Source of the DNA: Stylophora pistillata
Taxonomy: Eukaryota
Direction of reading: 5' to 3'
Length of the DNA stretch: 64,000 nucleotides
Assembly (NCBI RefSeq): GCF_002571385.2
Contig: NW_019217919.1
Span: forward strand, 168,265-232,264
Position 1 is the first letter of the stretch. Each line of letters opens with the position of its first letter. The position numbers were made by a program, and so were the translations under genes. The notes beneath the pieces were generated by a model. The model did not search any database. It saw only the letters and a list, made by a program, of their open reading frames with translations, and was not told where the DNA came from. Shown here in pieces: positions 28,363-40,600 of this stretch.

Positions 28363-29757
28363 ATGGCTTTTTCTAATCTGCAATCGATGTTCAAGTTAGC
28401 TCAGAGGCCTACACATATAATCAGTGACAGACGAGGCCAAGAATTTGAGCTCAAGTCAGACGCAAAAGATGCCTTGTTGATCGTAAAGAACTGCACAGAT
28501 TGCCATGCAAGTTTACAAGAAAAAGCTGCCAAGTTACTCATCGAGAAATGTGACAACTTGGTGCTAGACGTTAAATGCACGCTGATATCTGGTGTACTGG
28601 AACTTCTGAACTGCAAGAAAATAGTGCTAAATTTACTTGAAGGTGGTCAGGTTAGGAATACTTTTAAATCCGGTGAACAAGTCTTGTTTTTTTAGAACCA
28701 CTTCACTTCCAGGGGTGACCAAATAGGAACTTCTCCAAAACATAACGATACATTTTTGGGCAGAGTGGTGATGGGAGGAAAGAAAAATATCAGTCTGGCA
28801 GGACTGCTCAGGAACCACTTAATTCTCAATGTTAAAATTGTAAGAAATGTGTGGTAGACAGTGAGAAGTCTTATGAGCTCGAGCAGAAAGGTTAACTTCC
28901 AATCAGTAAAGTTTCAAATTCGAGAGAAATTTTGGAGGTATGTGGTAATGTATGGTAAGCAAGGTGAAGGTGTCATAAACGTTGCACCTCTCTCCCTGGG
29001 ATGTTTACAGGTTTCTGTATGATAAATCTTGAACTGCAAAAGTTGGAGTCAGCCCAAAAATAATTATACTATAAAATTAAATGTTAGAGTCAAATGACAA
29101 GCTCAGCATCTGAATCAAGAGTCACTTCTGTCAAGGTATCCATCCATAACAAGTTATCAAACATTTATTTTCACTTAGAAAATTTGAATGCAAGACTAGA
29201 AAAGTTACCTCTAATTGTCTTGAGCTGCAAACATTTTCTCAGTAAAGCATAAAGGATCCCCAACTCCAAAGTTAAACAAAACTCACCCAAAATTTTCAAG
29301 CTACTCAAGTTAGTAATTTAAAATCTAAATCTTTTGTTTCCAACAGATTCCAACCATCATGGCTGACAGTACATCAGATCTGTTGATCACTCTGCTGAGG
29401 CATTCCCAGTTTGAATCTATGTATCTTCATGGACATTCAAGTAATATTGAGGTCTGCGTAGGTGAAGAAACCTCAACAAAATATCCAGTGTCTTTTCCAT
29501 CTGATGTCCCATCACACTTTCAGTTTGTTGTATCTTGGGAGAAAGAAGAGGAAGGTTGGAAGCTTGTTTGTGAAAAGGTTGTTAGGGATGGTGTGTTCCC
29601 AACTACAGAGCGTAAAGTGAAGGAAGCTGAAGAAAGAAAAGCTAGAGACTTAGAGAAAATGGTAACAGCTCTTTTTGATAGTATCAAGATTACCCCAAAA
29701 GAACAACAGAAAGACAAACCAAGTCCAGGTTCTGCAGCTGAGACTGAAAGTAAATAA
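28363..29757 (+). CDS. CAP C-terminal (CARP beta-helix)-like domain; exons 28363-28650 and 29347-29757, or spliced onward to the sirtuin exon
   Basis: LIVKNCTDC..KLLIEKCDNL..VLELLNCKKI..GQ|IPTI..SSNIEV..QFVVSW..KLVCE parallels CAP_C (IYKC..ITVDNCKKL..VEIINS..VPTI..SSEMNV..QFKTLW..KLVT); phase-0 GT-AG intron. Confidence 0.75.
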
Positions 29758-30844
29758 ATTTTTATCAGGATCTAAGTAAGCCCCTATTATCAGCCATGGC
29801 AGGTTTGCCTTGTTGGTCAGTCTTTTTTTATGCACACAAATGCTCATCAATTGGTTTGTTTTTTTCATTCGTGATAAACATTATGAGATATCCCGAAATA
29901 AATGCTACTCAAGAAGAATCTCCTGTCTAAATCTTGTAAACTTTAAACCAAAATAGAGCATTTCAAGGAATCATTGTATGCAAGGGTATGTACATGTAAA
30001 ATGAGGACTATTTTAAAAATTTTTTGAGTGAATGTTAAAATTCTTACATTTCTCTCACTACTCTTTGCAAAGTTGTTTCTGTGTGATTTTCAAGACCTCC
30101 TTGGTAAGGTTCATAAGTAAGACTCCAAGGGCAGAGGTGCTTACTTAAGATACTATTTCAGTCCAAGAGTGACTAATTAGAGGAATTTTTCCTCACAATA
30201 TCAAATAAATTTTCAATTAAAAAGGTGATAAGGATAAAGGAAAACATATAAAAGAGGGGATATTGTTTGGTTTGAAACCAAATTCTCCAAGCTACAATTG
30301 TGTAAAATGGGTGGTAGCTGGTTTAGAGAAGTGATATTTAGGTGTGGGAGTGAACAGAAGCCAACCTGTTACCTCAATTCCTGGAACTACCATCACAACA
30401 AGAGAAAAATATAGTTACACTTGGGAGTTACCTTGATTCATTATGCGTAGATTACTAACTTCCTCAGAAGCAGTTTAGATGTAGGGCAGAGAAGGTCAAT
30501 GGGTAGTGCTTATGGGGAGCGTACTGAAATTCTCTTAACATAAAAGTGATATTGATTATAGCCCTGTTAATTAGTGACCTTCCTTTCTGTGTTGAATATA
30601 CTTATGTTCCACCCATGACACTGTGAGTGGCATTCTTGCTTGGATATCATTCCTGCATCCATTTCAAATTTTTCTTTCAGCTGGCAACTGAATAAGAACT
30701 TGTTAATCATGCAACATTTCCCTATGAAATCAATACATAATTTGGACACAACTAATTGAGAAGAGACTAAATCATTGGATTGAAGTTGTGCTTTTGAATT
30801 TAATCAACACATTCTCCTGGCTATTTTACCTGAAAAGTACACAC

Positions 30845-31081
30845 CAGGGCCAGGTTTTTCAAAGGTGAGTTAAGATAACCCAGGGTTACCGTAATTGCAG
30901 ATCTGAAAGCTTTAAAATCAAATCACTTTAATTTCATTTGTTTACAATTTGGTGATTGAATGCTCTAAGAAGAATTGGGAAAATTATCTTAAAATGGCTT
31001 TTGAACAGAGAAATATAAAAACTTGGATTAAAATTTAACCCTGGGTTAGTGCTGATCGGTCTTCGAACAACTGGGCCCAGG
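30845..31081. mobile_element. MITE
   Basis: Termini CAGGGCCAGGTTTTTCAAAG / CTTCGAACAACTGGGCCCAG with inner AACCCAGGGTT/AACCCTGGGTT. Confidence 0.65.
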
Positions 31082-31207
31082 TCTATAATCAAAGTAACAG
31101 TGACACCGATTTCCTTATCCCATGTGTTCTTGAAAAATTGCATCTTTTTTTTCAGTGAATTGGTCAACTGGTAAATGCCTTAACTATAGATATCTTTAAA
31201 CCCACAG

Positions 31208-32424
31208 AAAAACCAAGCCCAAGTGGTAGTGGCCATCATAACATTAAGAATGAGGATGACAAGAAAGAGTTCTTTGACTCCTCAGAAGAGCTGGAGCAAA
31301 AGATTGATCTTCTTGCAAAATGGGTCAAGGAGAGTAAACACTGTGTTATGTTCACTGGTGCAGGAATCAGCACAAGCACAGGTATCCCAGATTTTCGAAG
31401 TGGCATGAACACTGTGCTGAAGACAGGCCCTGGTTTATGGGAGTTACAAGCTAAAGGCGTCACTCGCCAGCCAGGTAAAGTTACTCCCATGTTAAAGGCA
31501 ATACCCTCGCCTTCCCACATGGCCATCGTGAAACTCCACAAGGAAGGGTTGGTAAAGTTCACTGTCAGCCAAAATGTTGATGGTCTCCACTTGCGCAGTG
31601 GTATTCCCAGTGAGGAGCTTGCTGAACTTCATGGAAATACCAACTTAGAAAAGTGCACTACCTGTGGTGCTAAATATTTGAGAGATTTTGACACAAGAAC
31701 TGCAACAAGAGTTCATGACCACTTGACTGGAAGGTCCTGTGATAACATCAAGTGCTGTGGACCTTTAGTGGACTCCATTATAAACTTTGGCGAGAGTCTG
31801 CCCGATGATGACCTGATGAAGTCATACCAAGAAGCTGAAAAGTCAGACTTGATGATTGCACTTGGATCCAGTCTTCAGGTTTATCCAGCTGCAGACATTC
31901 CAGCCACTGTCATCCGCAGCAAACAGAAACTGGTGATCTGCAATTTGCAGAAGACCCCACTCAGTTCACTGAGTTCGCTTCACATACACAGTCAGATAGA
32001 TACAGTAATGAGAGGGCTTATGGAGAGGCTTGGCTTGGAGATTCCACCCTTCAGAGTTCAGCGTCGCTTTGCAGTTGAGACAAGTCAGGATAAAATGTTG
32101 ATTGAAGGCCTTGACCTTCAAAGCAACACTCCATATTCTTTCTTAAAACAGGTATCTGTGCATATGTCACAGGAGGTTGAAGGTACAAAGAAAGTTATTG
32201 ATGAAAAAATTCTCTCTAAGGAGCCTCTGGAAATGTGTTTCAGGGGAAGCTTAATAAGTATCTCACAAGCTACTCCATTGATTGCAGAGATAGAGTTGGG
32301 TTTCCAGGGTCACTATGGTGAACCAAGCTTGTCCTTTACCAATTCTATTAGTAGCTTTGGAAAGGCCTTCTTTCATGCAGAGTATGATTTAAATAAAGGG
32401 GAGTGGTCGCTGAAAAAAGAATGA
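31208..32424 (+). CDS. Class IV (SIRT6/7-like) NAD-dependent deacylase, copy 1; large terminal exon lacking its own suitable start codon
   Basis: FTGAGISTSTGIPDFR, SQNVDGLH, ELHGN, CxxC/CxxxxC zinc ligands, DSIINFGE, LGSSL, NLQKT, C-terminal FQGHYGEP; frame is open upstream of the listed ATG (KKEFFDSSEELEQKIDLLAKWVKESK). Confidence 0.92.
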
Positions 32425-34015
32425 AAACGCATGAAAACACTGATAGACTTGATTCATTGTACTTCTACTTATGTTTTAAGATTTTTGTTCTGCTAACCTG
32501 TAGAATTTCATGACTATTTAAGAGAACATTTATTAATGGATGTGATATGTTATTGAATAACATGCAAGGGTGTTGGAAAGTCTGCAGATTCTTTTATGAA
32601 TAATTATTCTGTGTAAAAAAGCTTTATTACCATGTTAGGTAAGAGCATTCATCTTTTTTTTTCCTCTTGAAGAAGAGGCTTGCTCAGTGATAACAGCTAC
32701 AATCATTGTTGGTCCCAAGGACAATACTATGTCTACAGAACTAAACTATATTGTTGTAAGTGTATCAGGTTACAAGTCCTAAAGCTCCCTGACAGCTTTT
32801 AAAGCTCTGATAACTTTTTTATTGTAATAAAAACAATAGATGTTAGTGAGCATATTGCCATATTTGTATTAAAAATCTTGGTATTTTAGACATTTGCCTT
32901 TGGCCGTGATTATCAGCAATGGGAATTGGGGCAAAAGCGTATTTTATATTTTATAATAGCCAAGTGTAACACATCCCCCATTAATACTTTACCCTCCCTC
33001 CACCACAGACAGACCGATTGTCCCTCCAGTGACTTTAACACAATCTCAGGTTTGCAAATTATTCTTATCTTCAGTGAAAGGTTGTCTTTTACTACTCAAT
33101 TCAAACTCTCGGAAAGCAACCCTCATAAAATCAGCTAACGTGGGTGCACGTGGCCCATAGGAACATACATGACTGTCAGTCAAAACCTAGCAATGTATGA
33201 ACTTATTTAGCGCTTCGTATGTAGCACAACTTACTGTGCAAAGTAATGCAAAACTGGAAGAGAGAGGCACAGCTATCCTCGCCCATCTATCTTGCCATGG
33301 GTTCCAAAGGATGAGATTTTCCAGAAATCAAAAAACCAAAAGATTGTTTGAAAGCTTAAGAAGTCATTAAAAACTCAATTTTAGCAATTGTTTTCATCAA
33401 TTGTTTTTGACCTACATTTGTTTTCTTCTGTTTTGTTTCCTTTTTTCCAATTTGGTAGAGAAAACGTTAACCCAAAAATCTTGTTTGATTACTATAATGT
33501 GATGTAGATTAACACTTATTGACCTTTTCCCCTAATTGTTTTCTCTTACTGTTTTTCACTGTTGAAAGAGGCTAGTACCCAGTCTTCTCCTTCCGGCTTA
33601 GATTGGATAAGCTGTGAAACTCCTTGCTAATTTATTTATATCAGCACTATTTAAAGTCGTAGCATAGAAACACAACTTGAACCTGCGGAACCCTTTTCAA
33701 AGAAGGACGAGATCATCATTAAGTAGGTTATGATTTTATTTACATCATTTATATCTTAAAAATCGAACAAATTTCGAGATCAGTAACTCCTAATTCCAAT
33801 GTGTGTGGGATAGCCCACGAAACTTCAGATTTATTTTTGTTGGTTTCTGGTCTCCATCGTTACAACTTTTATAATGCAGGACTAACTTACTTTCATGTAG
33901 ATCCCAAGCACACATGAAGGCTTTCTCAAGAAATTACAGCTGAAACATTTTTCCGGTGATATTTGCCAGGATCGAAGGGTTTAATTTTGCCGCGGAAAAA
34001 TCTGGTGGCTTCGAA

Positions 34016-34552
34016 TAGTAGTAGTAGTAGTAGTAGAAGTAGTAGAAACTTTATTAGAGTGTCGAAAAAAAACCGTCTAGCCAGGGAACAAATCCCCTAC
34101 TAATTTGGGGACACCAATTAGGGGAGAATATACAAACTAAATACAGTAGTAGATAAAATATCTATAGTTAACTTATTAAGAGATTTATAGTAAAAATACA
34201 CAGAAGTCAAAATGAACAAAGGCTACAGCCTGCGCAGCCATCATCTAAAAGTTCACTTATATTGAGTTGGCGTATCTTGCTTTTAAACGACGTTAGGGTT
34301 GTGACGTCCCTGATACTCTTGGGTAGTTTTGTCCATAGCTTAGGCCCTAAATATCTAATAGAGTGCTTGCCATAGGTGACTGTCTCATACCTAGGTATAG
34401 AGAAATCTGCTTGCCGCAGATTGTAATTACTATTTGGTTCTTTAAAGATGTTACTTATATATGCAGGGCACAGTTTATGCCTTGCTTTATACATAAGTAT
34501 GCACAGATCCTGTAAGCGACTATTTAGTAGTGTTGGCAGATCTGCCTTCATA
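34016..34552 (-). mobile_element. 3' end of a non-LTR retrotransposon between the two sirtuins
   Basis: ORF2 tail YNLRQADFSIPRYETVTYGKHSIRYLGPKLWTKLP...SFK; AATAAA followed by a (TAC)n tail. Confidence 0.8.
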
Positions 34553-35502
34553 CCCGGTCTCGAATGTTAGATCGTGGTAAATCAACGTTTATATTAGAGA
34601 ATATAAACAATACTGTGACACAAATATCTAAGTTTAATCGAAACCGTAATTAAATATTCGCTGTGTAGTGTAATTTGTAAAAACTAGCTACTGGGCGTTG
34701 AATTTTGTCATGCTTTTCGCTTTCTTCCTTTTTCTCAATTTCGGTTAAGTCCGGTTCTATACGGAAATATATATATTTCAATATTTCAAGTATTTTTTTT
34801 TCCAATTTTTCATTCGTATATTTTTTTCTAAATGAGAAACAGATGAAATTCCACCGCTGGCCGGGAGCTTCGCAGATAACACGAAATTGGCGCGAAGACT
34901 TGTCCGGTGTCTTAGGGCAAAGGGGACAGAGGTGGGGAGGTATTGGCGAGAGGCAATCAATATATTACTCAATTATATTTATTTAATGTGAGTAGTTAGA
35001 TATTGTGCACAGAGACTGAGTTCAATGTTAAAATTTATCAATTAACTTTAAACCTGTTTTGTCAGACAGAGTATGAAATTGTACTTTTCCATAGAAGTTG
35101 CCTAAACTGTTACAAAGAAAGTAGTAGCTAGCAATCACTTGAACCCTATGCACTGTGATTATTAGTTGGGTGAGATGGACGAAAAGTTTGTTGAAATTGT
35201 TTTGGTGGTTAAATAGGGGTGTGATCACCGGCAATCTTCCCCATTACCCAAATCTCGAGATCCCTGGTTCACCAATGGTGAAACTTCAAAGACCATGCAC
35301 CAAAAGAAGTCAAATGGTACATTACCGCTGGAAACAGAACCAGTTGTGTGAGACAACAACAAAATTTTAACTTTAAAACTTAGTTGTTAAACTTCTGGCA
35401 GCACACACAACTGAAAATCATGGTAAAAGTCAGCTCTTTATTTTTTTTTTTCTGTTGGTGATTTTTTATTCAGTTAAACTTTTTATCATCAGCTCTGTCA
35501 AC

Positions 35503-36909
35503 ATGGCAGTAAATTTCACACCCAAAAAATCAAATTTGAAGGCGTCTGGATCGTCCATGGAAGCAATGTTTGCCAAAGCTCAGAAAACCCAAGCTGCTCT
35601 TCAAAAAGACTACAAGAATGCCCCAACAACCTCGCCTAGCAAAGCTGGTTCAAAAGCTCCCAAACCAAGACAAGGGAAGGCTTCAGGCTCAAAACCATCT
35701 CATGGTCCTGCTGCTTCCAAACCAAAACCAAGATCAAATGCAATTTCAAGTGAGTTTGAGAAGAAGGAGTATTTTGATGAAGAAGATTTGCTGTCAGAAA
35801 AGATCCAGGTTCTGGCTCAGTGGATCCGTGAAAGTAGATACTGTATTGTTTTTACAGGCGCTGGTATTAGCACAAGTACTGGTATTCCTGATTTTAGGAG
35901 TGGTGTGAACACAGTCCTCACCACTGGCCCAGGGGTGTGGGAGCGCAAGGCTCATGGCATCAAGTTACCCTCACAGCAAAAAAAAGTACAAAGTGTATTG
36001 AAGGCTGTGCCATCACCATCACATATGGCAATAGTTAAGCTTGTGAGGGAAGGCCTAGTGAAGTTTGTGGTGAGCCAAAATACTGATGGCCTGCACAGGC
36101 GATCAGGCCTCAATCCCAGGTGCCTTGCTGAGCTGCATGGTAATACAAATATGGAACACTGTCTAAAGTGTGGGTCAAAGTTCATGCGTGACTTTAGAAC
36201 CCGTACAGCCAAAACTGTACATGACCACTTGACAGGCCGTACCTGTGATGACCCCAATTGCCACGGGCCTCTTGCTGACTCCATAATAAACTTTAATGAA
36301 GACCTACCAGAGGATGAACTAGACAGTGCATTTGAAAATGCAAAACTTTCAGATCTATGCATAGTTTTGGGGTCAAGCCTTAGGGTTTACCCAGCTGCTG
36401 ACATACCAGGGGACATGATCAAAAGAGGAGCTAAAGTGGTCATTGTGAACCTTCAGAAGACACCTTTCAACAAAAGATGTGCTTTGGAAGTTCACTCTAC
36501 AATTGATGTTGTTTTACTCAAACTTTTGAAAGAATTAGGCCTTGAAGTGCCACAGTTTCAGCTTAAACGATGCTTCCAAGTGGATGTCAGGAATGACTCA
36601 CTGGTGATTCAAGGACTGGATCCAGCCACAAAAAAACCCTACTCATTTTTGAAACAAGTGAAATTTGAGATTCCTTCTCTTAGGATAGATAAAAAAGTGA
36701 TGAGGGAGCCCTTTGAAGTCAAGTTCCCCAGGAGAGTAGTTCTGTCCAAGGAGAATCCAATGCCCATAAGTCTTACTCTGAGCTTTCAGGGGCATTATGG
36801 GGAACCTCACTTGAAAATTGGAAAGAACATGGAAGAAGTTGGACTGATTGTCTTCTTGCTTACTTTTGATGTCACCACAGTTGAGTGGGAAACTGAGGTC
36901 TTGGAGTAA
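35503..36909 (+). CDS. Class IV (SIRT6/7-like) NAD-dependent deacylase, copy 2; intronless CDS with a K/S/P/A-rich basic N-terminal tail
   Basis: ATG at 35503 (AACATGG); same complete sirtuin motifs and FQGHYGEP tail as copy 1. Confidence 0.93.
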   Translation: MAVNFTPKKSNLKASGSSMEAMFAKAQKTQAALQKDYKNAPTTSPSKAGSKAPKPRQGKASGSKPSHGPAASKPKPRSNAISSEFEKKEYFDEEDLLSEKIQVLAQWIRESRYCIVFTGAGISTSTGIPDFRSGVNTVLTTGPGVWERKAHGIKLPSQQKKVQSVLKAVPSPSHMAIVKLVREGLVKFVVSQNTDGLHRRSGLNPRCLAELHGNTNMEHCLKCGSKFMRDFRTRTAKTVHDHLTGRTCDDPNCHGPLADSIINFNEDLPEDELDSAFENAKLSDLCIVLGSSLRVYPAADIPGDMIKRGAKVVIVNLQKTPFNKRCALEVHSTIDVVLLKLLKELGLEVPQFQLKRCFQVDVRNDSLVIQGLDPATKKPYSFLKQVKFEIPSLRIDKKVMREPFEVKFPRRVVLSKENPMPISLTLSFQGHYGEPHLKIGKNMEEVGLIVFLLTFDVTTVEWETEVLE

Positions 36910-38040
36910 TAATGAAACTTGTTCAATTATGGCAACTGAAGGCTGAACATAAATGTTATTAATATGTTGAGTATTGATAAAGCCATGAATTGTGTCTTTC
37001 TATCAATTTACATTGCATTTTAAAGTGTATTACATTTTAAGTAAATGTAATGCTAAAAATATGTTTCATCTTTCTAATTTTCCACAATAGACAGGGTTTT
37101 AAAATGTTTTAAAGAGGGCATCAGACTCTGCTAAAGTAGGTGACTGTGAAAAGCTCACCAAGGGTCAAAAGGTAATTTTGACCAATGTAACCAGCAACAT
37201 GTTCTCAAGTAGCTGGTGGAACTCTGGCAGTCACCTGCTGGTTTGAGTCTCAAGCCTGCAAAGTTTCTGTTGTGCCACAAGGGCTAATGAGAACCTGCTT
37301 GTTTCTAGAGAGGCATCTACTCATGATGATTTCTGTGAAGGGTGAATTTAAATAAAACTTGATCATCTTTAACTCGCTTCTANNNNNNNNNNNNNNNNNN
37401 NNNNNNNNNNNNNNNNNNNNNNNNNNNNNNNNNNNNNNNNNNNNNNNNNNNNNNNNNNNNNNNNNNNNNNNNNNNNNNNNNNNNNNNNNNNNNNNNNNNN
37501 NNNNNNNNNNNNNNNNNNNNNNNNNNNNNNNNNNNNNNNNNNNNNNNNNNNNNNNNNNNNNNNNNNNNNNNNNNNNNNNNNNNNNNNNNNNNNNNNNNNN
37601 NNNNNNNNNNNNNNNNNNNNNNNNNNNNNNNNNNNNNNNNNNNNNNNNNNNNNNNNNNNNNNNNNNNNNNNNNNNNNNNNNNNNNNNNNNNNNNNNNNNN
37701 NNNNNNNNNNNNNNNNNNNNNNNNNNNNNNNNNNNNNNNNNNNNNNNNNNNNNNNNNNNNNNNNNNNNNNNNNNNNNGTAACAAGTCAATCCAGTGTGGA
37801 GGTATTTCTAGGGTCTTTGGACAGTTTCTTCCGACTTCAGTGCAATGAAAATTTTTTTGTTTCAAAAAAGTCATCAATTCTCCCAAGAGTCTCCCTGAAT
37901 TCATTCAATAGAAATTTGATGAAACTATTTGATTATAAACCTTTCTTTTTCATTTGGCTGCTACAAATTTAGTTAAAACGTTTTTTCGTAATGCCCCCCT
38001 TTAATAATGAAAAGAATGTTGTGGAACACCTCATGGACCT

Positions 38041-38220
38041 CTAAGCCTCTGATTGCTGCAGTCAATGGACCTGCTGTGGAGATATCAGTAACAGTCATGG
38101 GTCTGTTTGACCTCATCTGTGCATCAGACAGAGCCACATTTCACACACCTTAATTTGGAGCTGGGACAAAGCCCTGATGGATGCACAATTATGTTCCCCA
38201 GGATGCTGGAACCTATGAAG
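38041..38220 (+). pseudogene. ECI2: Enoyl-CoA delta isomerase 2 gene fragment, disrupted
   Basis: [36 protein letters not shown], then after a frameshift LGQSPDGCTIMFPRML; matches the ECI2 crotonase core. Confidence 0.85.
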
Positions 38221-38339
38221 ATATTGCTTCAGTTGTACTACTTTAGTTGAGCTCTTAAAAAGCTCTTTACGGTGGCCAATTTACATTATCAGCTTACCGG
38301 TAGTTGTTAAAACCAAATTACTTTGTAACCCCCACCAAT

Positions 38340-38371
<32 letters not shown>

Positions 38372-39904
38372 ATTTAATGAATAGATAAGCATGTTTCGGT
38401 GTTCTAACCATTTCATCTTGTTCCTTTAGCTGATAGTTTATTTAATATTTCAAAATTTTCGAAACCCTCATCTTGAATAATGAAAAAAAAAACAAATGAA
38501 AAAAAACAGAACAGCTAACTGGCTACCGGCGGAACCTTCGAAAAACGGGTCTCAGATGTAAAAACTTAATCCTTTAACCCCTAGGAGTGACTAGGATCTA
38601 ATTTCTCCTTACAATATCACCACTGAATCACACATTAAGGTCACGAGAATAAAGAAAATGATCACAAACTATAGAAGCTATTGATTGTTCAACAAATTCT
38701 CTTTGTCAGCAGACTCAGTAGAAAGTGTTAAACGCTAGCTGTGAAAAACTTAGCTGACACATTTTCCAAAGATGTCCAAAAGAAATTGAAATTGAGCACA
38801 AACTAACACGGACAACTCTGAGAAAAGAAACTGATGTAAGCCTCCACATTTGTCGAGTAAATTTGTCTTCGTTCATCGCGTCACGAACACGCACGGAAAG
38901 TAACGGGCGCAGTCGAGTAGAATTGACTCATATTTTTTAGGTTGCGCTCAAGCTTTTGTACAGTTTATATATTTCAACACGCTCATCACATTACTGAGTC
39001 GCAAAACATAAAAATAGAAATGTCGTGTCGTCAGACGAAAACGAAAAAAAAAATTGCCAGACACATCATCTCTCAAATCAAACTAGAAAATGGTTGCATG
39101 ATGCGCTTTTGCGCAACTCGAAATTGTTTGATTTTTCACCCCGTTCAACCAGCTCGATCTGCATAAATTTCCGTTTTGCACTTTCTCCAGTTACCCGACG
39201 ACGCTAATTAGATTAAAATAATTTTCAACCTGCGGAGTATATTAACCCAAGTATTAAAACGAGTTATGAATTTTTTAGGTCGTAAAATAAAAAAATGTGA
39301 AAGTGCCATGAATACATAGTGACTTCTATATTTAATCAGGAAATTCAAAGACGGGTATCTTGGCCAAAGTATTTTAAAAACTAAAGATCGATTCGTCAAA
39401 TGTCCCCAAAAAGACTAAAAGAGGTTTTAGAACTCAAGAAAGAATCTATTATCGACAAATATTGTTCCTTGCATTTATACTGAAACGAGATACATCTGAT
39501 ATGAAATAATGGCAGTTTTTCATACAACTTACGATCAAGCTGAATTTGAATATTCAAAATATCTATCTTAAGAGGCTATTTAGCGGCTAAAGGTTTAATT
39601 TTTTTAGAATAACATAACTTCATTAAACGAAATAATTTAATTCGAATATTTCAATGGATCATTTTTTTTTTGCATAAATTTGTTTTCCGCAAAATCGCCG
39701 TAAAACGTGTGTGTTATAGGGACGAAACTTTTCAAAGTATTCTAAATCAGAAGTATAAGTTTAAAGTCATGCTCTCTGAGTTCATTTTTTTACTCCAAAG
39801 TTAAAACCAATGTTTTTCCACCGAGATTTACGCAGGTGGGGGCCAGGTGTTTAGGCTTAGGTTGCAAAAGCGAGTGACGACCCTTTTGTGTAGGTAGTAG
39901 CGGT

Positions 39905-40600
39905 TGTTTATTTATAGTAATAATAAGACTTTATTTATTGAGGATAGCACGTGATAGTGCACAAACACTAATAAACTTGTGGTCCTCTTAATTACAATAA
40001 ATATATAAATGCAAATACAATAGAATCACTAATATATTAAGATTACAAATATAAATAGAAATTTAGCTAATTACAAATAATATTTAATTGATAAAATATA
40101 TAATACAAGATAATATAAACAAGTAAGAATATATAAAACTACTATCAATAAAATTTACCGATTAAAATGAGCTAAGCATGATTTGTCATCATAATAATAT
40201 TTAAATACGTTGTCTTTAAAGGCCTTAAGTGTATTAGACTTTTTTAATTCAGGCTTTAACTGATTCCATAATTTTATGGCAGAAACTAGAAAAGTTTTCC
40301 CTCCTTCTCTAGCCCTTTTAAACTTAGGTAATAAAAAGTTGTATTTACAAAATCTAGTGTTGCGTGAATGTACTGAACTTAATAATCTTAAGCTATCATT
40401 AAGATAATTAGGTACACAATAATTAATCCTTTTAAATAGTATTGAACATTTAGCTATCTTAGTAGAGTTATAAAATGGTATCCACTTTAAACGATTGAAT
40501 AGCATAACTGATGAACTACGTGGTTCAGCATCTAATAAAACCCTAGCAGCTCTCTTTTGTAGCCTAAGTATTCTTAAAAGAGATTCATTAGAATAGCATA
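39905..40600 (-). mobile_element. 3' end of a non-LTR retrotransposon upstream of the NLR
   Basis: LRLQKRAARVLLDA...LFNRLKWIPF...HSRNTR...GGKTFLVSAIKLWNQL; AATAAA-rich tail. Confidence 0.85.

Noticed and set aside
31156-31170. 15-nt micro-exon after the strong acceptor at 31155
   Set aside because: It would need a 37-nt or shorter downstream intron, which is implausibly short; cannot be supported without RNA data.
31208-36909. Bacterial-type SIR2 NADase defence system paired with a STAND ATPase
   Set aside because: These are zinc-containing class IV deacylase-type sirtuins, not defence SIR2 domains; adjacency to the NLR does not show coupling.
37250-37904. ORFs made mostly of X (also 23394-23606 and 52196-52767)
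   Set aside because: Artefacts of N-gaps.
38728-39597. piggyBac-like non-autonomous element
   Set aside because: TTAA-bounded ends match only weakly as inverted repeats, so boundaries cannot be supported.
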